A DNA stretch of 64,000 bases from an uncultured Candidatus Poseidoniales archaeon (GTDB taxonomy: Archaea > Thermoplasmatota > Poseidoniia > Poseidoniales > Thalassarchaeaceae), in NCBI GenBank assembly GCA_964645485.1, contig CAZXZO010000002.1, forward strand, positions 74,212 to 138,211. The letters run 5' to 3'. The notes beneath the pieces are model-generated. The model made no database searches and was not told where the DNA came from. It saw nothing but the letters and a program-made list of their open reading frames with translations. The stretch's first letter is position 1. The number at the start of each line of letters is the position of its first letter. Of this stretch, positions 23,304-32,453 are shown piece after piece. Position numbers and translations under genes: made by a program.

Positions 23304-24587
23304 TTACCAATTGCAAGATTGGAGGATTTTTTGGCCCTGCATATATGGTTGTAGAACTACTGGAATCTGCACCAATCCATCTTCCATTTGATTTTGCTCA
23401 ATTATTGCTACCAATGCTCTGCTAGTAGCAACCGCTGTTGAGTTCAAAGTGTGGACAGCCTCATTTCCATCCGCAGTTCGATACCTCATTCGCAGTCGAT
23501 TGGCTTGATAATCGGTGCAGTTCGAACATGACACTACTTCTTTGTAGGCTTCAACTCCAGGAAGCCATGCTTCTAAATCATATTTTTTAGCAGCCACTGT
23601 CCCCATATCCCCAGTACAAATATTGACAATTTCATAATGTAGGTCTAAGGAATTCCAAAGTTCAACACAGTTAGTGAGTAACTCTTCGTGTAAATCCCAT
23701 GAGTCACCAGGTTTGCTGATGATTATTTGTTCAATCTTGGTGAATTGATGAACTCTCCATATTCCCTTATCAGATTGTCCATGGGCGCCCACTTCTCGTC
23801 TAAAACAGGGCGAAACACCAACCATTCTCAGAGGCAGCATTGATGGTTCAATTACCTCATCCATGAACATAGCAGTAAGCGGGTGTTCACTTGTTGCTAT
23901 AGTGTAGAAACCTTCTGGCTGAACATTATACATCACTGTTTCAAAATCACCCAAGTCTGTAACTCCTTCGTACGCCTTGCGGTTCATCATCACGGGGGGT
24001 TGTACGAGTGTGTATTCTCTTGAAGTGAGGAAATCTATGGCGTATTGTTGTAAGGCTAATTCCAGCCGTGCTAGGTCTCCTTTCAGAAAGTAGAAGCGGC
24101 TTCCAGCAATCTTAGCAGCTCTAGGTAGGTCAACCCATTTATTCATGTCAACGAGTTCATTGTGGGTTTTTGGGTCAAATGAAAAAACTTGCTTTTGACC
24201 ATGTTTACTGTGTTGTGTATTACCACTCTCATCCTCCCCGACTGGAACACTATCGTGGAGAATGTTTGGAATCTTCATTCTCAAACTGTCTCGGTTTTTG
24301 ATGAGATCATTTGATTGAATTCCCAACTCATCTATCTGTGCACCTATTGTTGCTACTTGGGCTAAGATTTTCTCAGCCTCTTCATTGTTGCCAGTTTTTT
24401 TTGCTTCGCCAATCCCTCTCGCGGCCACATTTCGCTCACGCCTAAGTTGGTCAGCATCATAACGAGCCTTCTTCCAAGCGTCGTCAAGACGAATTACCTC
24501 ATCGATGCTGTCATGAGGAATCCCTCTCTTGTCGTGGTCAGCACGCACAATATCTGCGTGGTCCCGAAACATCTTGATGTCTAACAT
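23304..24587 (-). CDS. serS: Seryl-tRNA synthetase
   Basis: MLDIK, IPNI.HDSVP.G.DE, ATSEHP, FRRE, RVHQF.K.E, EVVSCSNCTDYQA, HTLNST. Confidence 0.97.
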   Translation of the reverse strand: MLDIKMFRDHADIVRADHDKRGIPHDSIDEVIRLDDAWKKARYDADQLRRERNVAARGIGEAKKTGNNEEAEKILAQVATIGAQIDELGIQSNDLIKNRDSLRMKIPNILHDSVPVGEDESGNTQHSKHGQKQVFSFDPKTHNELVDMNKWVDLPRAAKIAGSRFYFLKGDLARLELALQQYAIDFLTSREYTLVQPPVMMNRKAYEGVTDLGDFETVMYNVQPEGFYTIATSEHPLTAMFMDEVIEPSMLPLRMVGVSPCFRREVGAHGQSDKGIWRVHQFTKIEQIIISKPGDSWDLHEELLTNCVELWNSLDLHYEIVNICTGDMGTVAAKKYDLEAWLPGVEAYKEVVSCSNCTDYQANRLRMRYRTADGNEAVHTLNSTAVATSRALVAIIEQNQMEDGLVQIPVVLQPYMQGQKILQSCNW

Positions 24588-24636
24588 TTGCCTTCACCCT
24601 GCTGATTCATATCATCCTCTTGAACCCACTCATCAT

Positions 24637-26847
24637 CTAAAATATTGTAATACCGAAGGAAACTGACTCATATCCTAATGCGATAAATCCAGTGATTAAA
24701 TATCCTAGAATACTACCTCCATTGAGTAAAGGTAACCCTGCTTGAGGGCGGCCCATCGCAACGTACCCCATTAGAGCTAAGTAACCAAGAAGACCACCAA
24801 TAAGCGAGCCTAATGCCACAAACATAGGATCACTCAATCCCATGATAGTTCCACCAGATGGCAGGAATGTCAGGGCTGATATGACTAACATGCCAGGGAA
24901 AATGACATCACCTAATCCCATGAATAACGCATCACCGGTATTTTTCTTAGGGGCCGGGCGGGGCGGTTCTGGAGGAGGCGCTTTAGCACCACTCTTCGGT
25001 CCACTATCCTTCATTGGGGCAACGGGTGGCCCATCCATCTTACTGATTGTGTCTTCACCCTCGTCAAGGAAAGAGTATCCCTTATCTTGAGGGGCGACTA
25101 ACAATATTGGGAGTTTGAGCCCTATCATCGTGTCCGCAAGGTCAAGCATGTGCTTCGATTTGTAAACCGCATACCAATCATAAATTGCGGCTACAATCAT
25201 GAAAATCAGAATTAATGTTGGAACAAAACTTACCCCAATAATGGTAATTACGCCAGCACCAGTTAAAATTCCGGTAGTGTTCACTATGTACCATTCGGGC
25301 CTGATTGTAAGAGCAATCATCAGTATAGTGGAAGCGACTAAAGCGACTATTTGTGACCAATAAATTGGTAACCAGTATCCAGCCGAATCTTGGAGAATTA
25401 TTGCAGGGTCATTCACAGGCGTAGCAATTATTGCACTTTGAGTGGTGTTTACAGTATAGGTTGTAAGCACACCATCTTCGATATCGATTTTATCCCAAGC
25501 AGGAACATCGATAGTGTGGATTATCATGTCGATTGACCCGTCTGAAACAGGTCCATCAATGATTAGACTCTCAACCATTACCCAACCTGAAAACATCCGA
25601 GTTTCTCCTCCGGATGCAATCCAAACATCAACTCTTCCATCATGTTGGTCGTCAGCAAGCATTATGCCTTGGATTTCAGAATTAAATGCATCACGTTCGT
25701 TGAATTTAATATGTTCTTCAACATTCATTTCCACACCATCCCAGACAAAGCCGTAGACTTTTCCTTTCTCAGTTCCTAACATCAACAAACTGTCAGTTGA
25801 GTTTTCACTCCACCATTTGTATCCACTCCATGGAGAGTGGCCAAAGGCCGAGGCAGTGAATGCGTCTCCTGAATTTGGGGTGACTTGCCAAAGAATTGAC
25901 GCATTAAAATCTCCAAATTCACCGGTGTGTGGCTCATCTGGAATATCAACGATTCCAGCCCAACCAAATGAGACCAATAGTAGAGTGTTATCATTGAGCA
26001 TACTGCCCTGCATAAATTCCCCTGAGGTGAATTGTTCGGGTAGGTTGTAGGCCCAACTATGGCTTGGAATATCAGGGTGGAAGGGGTCAACCTTATGGAT
26101 CACATTGTTGTAGATAGCCCAGTCATTTTCTTGCGAAGAAAAACCAGCAACGCAGGTGACATCTGTATGGTTTGTGAGTGGGGTGCCATCAGACTTGTCT
26201 AAAGATTGCCACCGATTTCCATCACACATTACATATGAGTCAAGATTGTCAACAATCGCGGTTCCTAAGGCTGAAAAACCACCATCCCGATAGAGAGAGA
26301 AATCCCACTCCACCTTTGCAGATTGCCCTCTTTCTAATCCACTTGGTTCACTCATTTTGATTAGATGAGTTCCGTTGGAGACTATGAAAGAAGAAGGTTC
26401 GTAATCAACGAAGAGAAAATCAGCGTCAAGTTCCATTTCATCACGATATTCGACTATCGGTTGTGCTTCATCCATAGCAAAAGATGCTAGAGGAATCATC
26501 GCATAGGAAAGAGAAATCCAGAGAACAAACAGCACTCCCCATTTGATAATTGATTGGAGTCCTCTTTTGGCTAACCAGATGATAAAAGCAGTAAATACTA
26601 GAATCAGAATAAATTCCAAGCCGATTAAACCTACTTTAGTGGTTCCTGCCTCACCAAATGCTCTCGCTTCTGGCCTATCCCAGAACGGCTGAATGTAGAT
26701 AGCAAGCAATATTGTGCCAACAAACATCGCGCCCATAGTAGTCATTGAGCGCCATTGGTCAGCCATCAAAGAAAGGATGTTTGCAAAGCGACTCTCACCG
26801 GTCATGACTACGGCGAGAGTGAAAACCCATTTGAAAGCGAGGGTCAC
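24637..26847 (-). CDS. Presenilin-family (A22) intramembrane aspartyl protease with a large inserted ectodomain
   Basis: IYDWYAV (YD), MGLGDVIFP (GxGD), RPQAGLPLLN (archaeal PAL equivalent); ~365-aa hydrophilic insert after TM3; probable start ATG 26805. Confidence 0.9.
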   Translation of the reverse strand: MTLAFKWVFTLAVVMTGESRFANILSLMADQWRSMTTMGAMFVGTILLAIYIQPFWDRPEARAFGEAGTTKVGLIGLEFILILVFTAFIIWLAKRGLQSIIKWGVLFVLWISLSYAMIPLASFAMDEAQPIVEYRDEMELDADFLFVDYEPSSFIVSNGTHLIKMSEPSGLERGQSAKVEWDFSLYRDGGFSALGTAIVDNLDSYVMCDGNRWQSLDKSDGTPLTNHTDVTCVAGFSSQENDWAIYNNVIHKVDPFHPDIPSHSWAYNLPEQFTSGEFMQGSMLNDNTLLLVSFGWAGIVDIPDEPHTGEFGDFNASILWQVTPNSGDAFTASAFGHSPWSGYKWWSENSTDSLLMLGTEKGKVYGFVWDGVEMNVEEHIKFNERDAFNSEIQGIMLADDQHDGRVDVWIASGGETRMFSGWVMVESLIIDGPVSDGSIDMIIHTIDVPAWDKIDIEDGVLTTYTVNTTQSAIIATPVNDPAIILQDSAGYWLPIYWSQIVALVASTILMIALTIRPEWYIVNTTGILTGAGVITIIGVSFVPTLILIFMIVAAIYDWYAVYKSKHMLDLADTMIGLKLPILLVAPQDKGYSFLDEGEDTISKMDGPPVAPMKDSGPKSGAKAPPPEPPRPAPKKNTGDALFMGLGDVIFPGMLVISALTFLPSGGTIMGLSDPMFVALGSLIGGLLGYLALMGYVAMGRPQAGLPLLNGGSILGYLITGFIALGYESVSFGITIF

Positions 26848-28224
26848 AAGAGAGAGCGTGGGCGGGTATCTGTGAGTGATGTACGAGAGTGGTTTACCGG
26901 GCTGAAAGTGCTTGGAATGCGGCAGAGTCTTGAAATAACTGCCGTTTTATTGTCCCGTCTTGGGATGCCTCATCTCAAATTTCCATCAATCCATGTTGCA
27001 GGAAGTAATGGCAAAGGGACAGTTTGTTCAATTCTATCAAATTGTTTGTCACTAGCAGGTGTGAACAGTGGATTGTTCACCTCCCCACATCTCTGTTTTG
27101 TAGAGGAGAGAGTTAGGATAGATGGGGTACCAATCTCACCCACAATTTTTGACCTATATCTTGAGAGAATTCGAGATGCATCTCAAGTTGAACCAGTTAC
27201 AATGCCGACATATTATGAGGCCACTTTTCTAGTTGCGATGTTGGCATTTGAGGATGCGGGAATTGACCGAGCCGTAATTGAGACTGGACTTGGTGGTAGA
27301 CTTGATTCAACGAGATTAGTACATGCTGATTGTTGCGTACTTACTGAGTTGGCACTCGAACACACCGATGTCTTAGGCGAAACCCTTGCTGAAATTGCTG
27401 GAGAGAAAGCAGCAATTGCTCGACCAGGCGAAGTTTTTCTTGCCAAATGGACTTATGACGCTGGAGCAAGACAAGCGATTGAAGATGCAGTTGGTGACCA
27501 CAAACTAGGCTATTGGTGGAGGCCAGATAGAGCCTTATTAGTTCGATTTGATGATACTGATAAGAGCCATCGCCCAATTTCGGAAATTGCCACACCGAGC
27601 GGTTGGTCACCATACCAAAAGGAAGCCTCAATTCTCGCCCATGCAACATTAACTCTTCTCGAATTGTACAAGCCTGCTAGGATGATGGCTAGTGCTCTCC
27701 TTCATACTGTCTGGCCAGGGCGTGTCCAATGGCTTGAACATGAAGAGGTTCCAATTCTCATAGACGCGGCCCACAACCCGAGTGGAATGCAAAAAATCTG
27801 CACACAGTTACGTGTTCAAATGGAGAGCGATGAAGCTCCAACCCCAGGGGTTGTGCTGTTAGGCTGCACATCCCAAACAGATTTAGTTGGATTTCTCAAT
27901 CCTTTAGTGGAACTACTAGTCGAAGGAGAGGTAGGTCATGTTGTGGTCACTGAGCCACAGAAAGGAAGGCGACCGGCTATATCAACAAAGGAATTGGCTG
28001 CTGAATTAGAAGCACAAGGAGTGCCAGCGGTAATTGAGGAGGTCAAACATCCTGCAGAAGCACTGCAAAGAGCACTGGAATTGTCAAAGCAAGATGCCAA
28101 CCAACCAGTTCTAGGAATTGGCTCAATTTACCTGGTGGGGAATTTACTTTCTGCACTTGGTCTTGATACAATAGAAGCAATGACAACACTCCGTCCCTCC
28201 GAGGAAGGAGTCCATTGGACTTGA
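26755..28224 (+). CDS. folC: Folylpolyglutamate/dihydrofolate synthase
   Basis: HVAGSNGKGT, FTSPHL..EER, TYYEAT, ETGLGGRLDST, EHTDVLG, IAGEKAAI, WPGR, DAAHNP, GSIYLVG; probable start GTG 26872. Confidence 0.9.
   Translation: MVSHQRKDVCKATLTGHDYGESENPFESEGHKRERGRVSVSDVREWFTGLKVLGMRQSLEITAVLLSRLGMPHLKFPSIHVAGSNGKGTVCSILSNCLSLAGVNSGLFTSPHLCFVEERVRIDGVPISPTIFDLYLERIRDASQVEPVTMPTYYEATFLVAMLAFEDAGIDRAVIETGLGGRLDSTRLVHADCCVLTELALEHTDVLGETLAEIAGEKAAIARPGEVFLAKWTYDAGARQAIEDAVGDHKLGYWWRPDRALLVRFDDTDKSHRPISEIATPSGWSPYQKEASILAHATLTLLELYKPARMMASALLHTVWPGRVQWLEHEEVPILIDAAHNPSGMQKICTQLRVQMESDEAPTPGVVLLGCTSQTDLVGFLNPLVELLVEGEVGHVVVTEPQKGRRPAISTKELAAELEAQGVPAVIEEVKHPAEALQRALELSKQDANQPVLGIGSIYLVGNLLSALGLDTIEAMTTLRPSEEGVHWT
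26830..26836. promoter_or_regulatory. Candidate TATA-like box shared by the divergent presenilin and folC genes
   Basis: TTTGAAA reads TTCAAA on minus (24 nt before ATG 26805) and TTGAAA on plus (35 nt before GTG 26872). Confidence 0.4.
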
Positions 28225-28260
28225 CGGTATCATCATTAGGCTGGCACGTCACGACAAGGT

Positions 28261-28755
28261 TTGTCGGTGGTTAATGTGAAGGAGAAGCATCTGAAAATTC
28301 GTATCGAGCAGTGTTTGGCCTTGGCAAAAGCCAGTAATTGCCCAAGGGCAAAATTTGGTTCACTACTAGTTGACCCGGACCGCAATGTCATTTTGATGGA
28401 TGGCTACAATGGCGGTCCTAGAGGTGGAGGAGATTTGTGTGGAGGAGATGTTTGTTTACGGGATACTGAAAAAGTAGTTTCAGGAACTAGAGTAGAAGTC
28501 GGATGTCATCATGCAGAAATGAACGTAATTTGTAATGCTGCAGCAAATGGAGTACCAACAAAGAATGCGTGGCTAATTGTTACCGGTGAACCTTGTATGA
28601 TGTGTGCAAAGTTGATTCACCATTCAGGGGTATCAAGAGTAATCGTTGTAGACGGTGGTTTTGGCGGAGCAAATGGCATAGACTATCTTGATAATCACGG
28701 GGTTATAGTTCAGCGAACCGATGGACCCAAAGACCCTCGTGGTGATTTAAAGTAA
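28261..28755 (+). CDS. dCMP deaminase-family protein
   Basis: SNCPR, GYNG.PRG, HAEMN, PCMMC zinc motifs. Confidence 0.9.
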   Translation: MSVVNVKEKHLKIRIEQCLALAKASNCPRAKFGSLLVDPDRNVILMDGYNGGPRGGGDLCGGDVCLRDTEKVVSGTRVEVGCHHAEMNVICNAAANGVPTKNAWLIVTGEPCMMCAKLIHHSGVSRVIVVDGGFGGANGIDYLDNHGVIVQRTDGPKDPRGDLK

Positions 28756-28761
28756 GATTAT

Positions 28762-29331
28762 TTATTCTTCAAACGAATCAATCAACTCTTGCAATTGACG
28801 GTGTAACTCATCAACATCTCCATCATTTTGAATTACAACATCGGCCATTGCAGCCGTAGCGATTAATGCTTGGCCACTTTCATCATGAGCCACCAATTCA
28901 GATTCTTCTTGGCCAACAAATTGTTCAAAATTTTCAGCATCACCAGTTCGTCCACGTGAAACTAAACGCTCCCATCGCACTTCTAAGGAGGTTCGAACTT
29001 CGATCATGATGAAATCCTTACGCTTTCTGAGGGCTTCAACCTCAGCGGGTGTCCTGATGCTGTCAATAGCATGATTACCACCTTCGCCAATTCGGTCAAG
29101 CAACATTTCTGCTAAAATTCCAGGGCCACCCATAGCACGGAGTTTTCTTCCCCCATCAATTAGATTGTCACGATTTATTTCACGGCCATTAGAGCGTAGC
29201 CAATGGCGAATAGAGTCAGAACAAGAATTTACGCCGAACCCTCGTTGTTTGAACCATTCAATCACAGTTGTTTTTCCAGACGCATTACGTCCAGTTAACC
29301 CTACCAACATTGAAGCCACCGAGTATGTCAC
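28762..29331 (-). CDS. Dephospho-CoA-kinase-like P-loop kinase (COG0237/UPF0200-type)
   Basis: VGLTGRNASGKT, DSIRTPAEV, R.ERL..RGR, ADVVIQNDG; probable start ATG 29310. Confidence 0.75.
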   Translation of the reverse strand: MTYSVASMLVGLTGRNASGKTTVIEWFKQRGFGVNSCSDSIRHWLRSNGREINRDNLIDGGRKLRAMGGPGILAEMLLDRIGEGGNHAIDSIRTPAEVEALRKRKDFIMIEVRTSLEVRWERLVSRGRTGDAENFEQFVGQEESELVAHDESGQALIATAAMADVVIQNDGDVDELHRQLQELIDSFEE

Positions 29332-29367
29332 CGTTCAAAGCAATAACGGCAATAACCAAGAATTGAA

Positions 29368-32300
29368 TCATGCCCAAAATCTTCTTGTTCTAGCATAATT
29401 GAGTTCAGCTTCGTGAATAATCTTCAGCATTAATTCTCGTTCTCCTTTTGGAACTCTGTTGAGAATACGGGACGCGGTTTCTTCTCCAACTCCTCGAGCC
29501 ATCAAGCAAATGAGTGCTTCAATGCCCCTTTGCCGGACAATGTGAGCATTTTTCTCCATTCTTGCCTGTACTGTCTGGTCTTCTGAAGCAACCCAACCTG
29601 CCAACATTTCTTCTAATCCTTCGCGGCTTGCAGCAAGCATGGTTCCCCCACAATCACAATGGGTATGCTTGGCTCCATACATGGCTACGCGAGTCCGCAT
29701 GCGCGAGGCACAAGCCAAACAGATTAGCACAGCTCTTTCGTTCACTAAGCGCTCTTCTAGACGAACCCTGACTTCAGCATCTGACCAATTTGGTAATAGC
29801 AGGTCTTTTTCACTTCGTGGAGAAATCCCTAGAGGACCAGAAGCGGTTTGTTCTATTCGGACTGCACCTGCTTGAATAGCCTCTAGCAGCGCTACTGTGC
29901 CATCAATATCCATTTGGTCATGGAATAATTTATCCAAAGCCTCGTCAAGAACAACTGTGCCTCGATAGCGATTAATGATTCCTTGAAGGTTTACACGTCG
30001 CGGGTCGACACCTCGTTGTAGTATTCCAAAAATTTTGCACACTTGCACTAACCTTGCGCGAAGTTTCCTTCCATTAGGAATCGTCATTCGCATAATGTCT
30101 CGTAAGGCCTCGGGTGGAGTTTCAGTCAGCCAAGTAACCATTGAATCTGCAGTTAATGCTGGAACTTGCAGTGAAATTCGGTAAGGGTCGATGATGGCTC
30201 GCCCACTTTTTCCGTCAATTGTAGACGCCATCGCTTGCAAAAAATGTGCCAGTGCTGCATTCACTTTATTGCCATGGCAACAGTTGAGCACTAGAGCATC
30301 TCGACGGGCCTCAACAGTGAGAAGTCTAGCATTAGGTATGCATCCAGTAGCATCCAAATGTTCTCCAATACTTGTTGTGAGAATACCAAGTGAATGGTCA
30401 GATACAGGATACTTTGAGAGTTTGTGTTTGTCAGGTAACTCTTCGAGCCAAGCGTTAACCTTTGGCCCAAAATTCTCATCCTTAGGATATTCCACATCCC
30501 ATCTATGGTCATCTGCAATTACCATTCTAAGATTGCCCACTTCACGAGCGATGTCTGCTGGGACTGCTGGCAATTCTCCAGCCCAGACTGGGGCTGTACT
30601 GATATCAGAAATTGGAGCGACCAACAACTCGCTTTTCTCTGGGTCAGCATCAATGATTTGCCAAGTCCTTCCCGCCATCACAAATCGGCGAGGTGAACCA
30701 TCTTCTTCCCCACCCGATGAATCTAATGACAACACAAAGGTTTCATCCACATTTCCTAAAGGTCTACGCGAAACCGAATCGCGAACAGAGTAACGTGTTT
30801 CGTCAGCGATCATGGAGAGGTGGTTTAGCATGTAATGGCGACTTCGCGAGCCTGGTGAGAACCATCCGTTCTTGAGGTTCTTTGGAAGAGTAGAGCGCAA
30901 GGCCTTCGACCAAGTCTCTCGCTGTTCGTCGGAAACCCCCTCAAGTTCTTCTCGCTTAGGTCTTTTTTCGGGCAAATCTTTGTTTTTCTCTGCTGCATTT
31001 TGCCAGATAATCGGTGGCCAATCAATTGGGTCAGAGTTGACTGGTTTTTCAACTAATTTTAGCAACCTCCTATCGTCAAGGATTGTGATGATTTCGTGAA
31101 TTTCGCTATCGGTAATATCAGAGAATATAGGAGCCCTACGAAGTAAGGTTGCTGCTGATGAGAGCGGGATTACTTTTTCAGCAATCGCAGTCAAAATTAG
31201 TTGGTTTGCAACTACCGAGAGTGGTTTTCTACGCCATTCGACTCCTTCTAGTTGGCTAGACATAGCCCGCCTGGTGATTACAGCAGATTCAGCGATGTCA
31301 TCATTTTCCCAACACAGTAGCATCCCTCTTGATGTGCCTCCCAAAACGTGCTCAGCCCTGCCAACTCTTTGCAGCAACCTGTCTACAGCGCGTGGCGACT
31401 GAACTTGATGCACTTGTTTGATTGAGCCTACATCAATTCCTAATTCAAGACTTGAAGTGCAGACAAGTCCATGCAGATTTCCTTTCTGCAATTCAGATTC
31501 CATTTCTTGCCGAGTTTCGGCTGCCAAGGAACCGTGATGAACCCCTATATTCAACCCTTCATCGAGTTTACTTATTCTTTGAGCAACTGTTTCAGCGGCG
31601 TTTCTAGAGTTTACAAATATCAAGCAAGGAGCGCTTTCCTTTACTTTTGATGCTAAGCGGCGAAGAGCCGCGAGACCTCTTGGCGAAACATGGAGTTCTA
31701 GTGAAAGTGCACGGTCTTCTGCAGTAGTTGGTTCGGTCACAACTTGCAGTTCAGCAGGTCGTGGTGCAGGCGCATTGATTGGGGTGGCAGTTGGTGAAAG
31801 CCAACCAGCCATTTCATCAGGATTCCCCACAGTTGCAGACAACCCAATTCGTTGAACACGTCGGCCACATAATTCATCTATCCTCTCTAGAGCAACAGTC
31901 AATTGTGCACCTCTTTCAGAAGCCGCTAAATCGTGCACCTCATCAATCACAACTGCTCGGAGATTGCTCATGCCTTCTCTTAGTCGACTACCAAACAACA
32001 GTAATTGGCAAGTTTCTGGGGTGGTGACAAGAAGGTGAGGAGGGTTACGAGATTGTTTTGTTCTCTGTGATTGGGTTGTGTCTCCATGACGAACATCAGA
32101 ACGTAAGCCACACGCCTGAGATAATGACTCAATTCTCCGGTCAATATCTCGGTTCAAGGCCCGTAGTGGGGTGATGTAGAGAATACACATTGGTTGCCAT
32201 TTTTGTGTGATGGCGCGAGATAATAATGGCATCACTGCCGCTTCGGTTTTACCGCTTCCTGTGGGTGCTATTAGCAAGTGGTCTGAGCCATCAAGAATCT

Positions 32301-32397
32301 GTTTTTGCGACGCCGCTTGGATTGGCGTCGGGCTCCAACCTCTATCCTCAGCGAGTTGAGAGAGGGAATCTGCGAGCGCACTGAAATCAGACAGCAA
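29368..32397 (-). CDS. lhr: Lhr-like SF2 ATP-dependent helicase
   Basis: APTGSGKT, PLRALNRD, RHGDT, TTPE, DEVH, GLSAT, HHGSL, SSLELGID, QRVGRA; C-terminal CxxC...CxC zinc finger. Confidence 0.9.
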   Translation of the reverse strand: MLSDFSALADSLSQLAEDRGWSPTPIQAASQKQILDGSDHLLIAPTGSGKTEAAVMPLLSRAITQKWQPMCILYITPLRALNRDIDRRIESLSQACGLRSDVRHGDTTQSQRTKQSRNPPHLLVTTPETCQLLLFGSRLREGMSNLRAVVIDEVHDLAASERGAQLTVALERIDELCGRRVQRIGLSATVGNPDEMAGWLSPTATPINAPAPRPAELQVVTEPTTAEDRALSLELHVSPRGLAALRRLASKVKESAPCLIFVNSRNAAETVAQRISKLDEGLNIGVHHGSLAAETRQEMESELQKGNLHGLVCTSSLELGIDVGSIKQVHQVQSPRAVDRLLQRVGRAEHVLGGTSRGMLLCWENDDIAESAVITRRAMSSQLEGVEWRRKPLSVVANQLILTAIAEKVIPLSSAATLLRRAPIFSDITDSEIHEIITILDDRRLLKLVEKPVNSDPIDWPPIIWQNAAEKNKDLPEKRPKREELEGVSDEQRETWSKALRSTLPKNLKNGWFSPGSRSRHYMLNHLSMIADETRYSVRDSVSRRPLGNVDETFVLSLDSSGGEEDGSPRRFVMAGRTWQIIDADPEKSELLVAPISDISTAPVWAGELPAVPADIAREVGNLRMVIADDHRWDVEYPKDENFGPKVNAWLEELPDKHKLSKYPVSDHSLGILTTSIGEHLDATGCIPNARLLTVEARRDALVLNCCHGNKVNAALAHFLQAMASTIDGKSGRAIIDPYRISLQVPALTADSMVTWLTETPPEALRDIMRMTIPNGRKLRARLVQVCKIFGILQRGVDPRRVNLQGIINRYRGTVVLDEALDKLFHDQMDIDGTVALLEAIQAGAVRIEQTASGPLGISPRSEKDLLLPNWSDAEVRVRLEERLVNERAVLICLACASRMRTRVAMYGAKHTHCDCGGTMLAASREGLEEMLAGWVASEDQTVQARMEKNAHIVRQRGIEALICLMARGVGEETASRILNRVPKGERELMLKIIHEAELNYARTRRFWA

Positions 32398-32403
32398 GTA
32401 ACT

Positions 32404-32421
32404 CCCCTCTCAAAAGAGGGG
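32404..32421 (-). terminator. Possible terminator hairpin between the giant surface protein and lhr
   Basis: Stem CCCCTCT-CAAA-AGAGGGG (7 bp) within a pyrimidine-rich run on the minus strand, downstream of stop 32454. Confidence 0.3.
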
Positions 32422-32453
32422 GGAAAGCCTGAGTGTGAAAAGGACGCCGGCTA

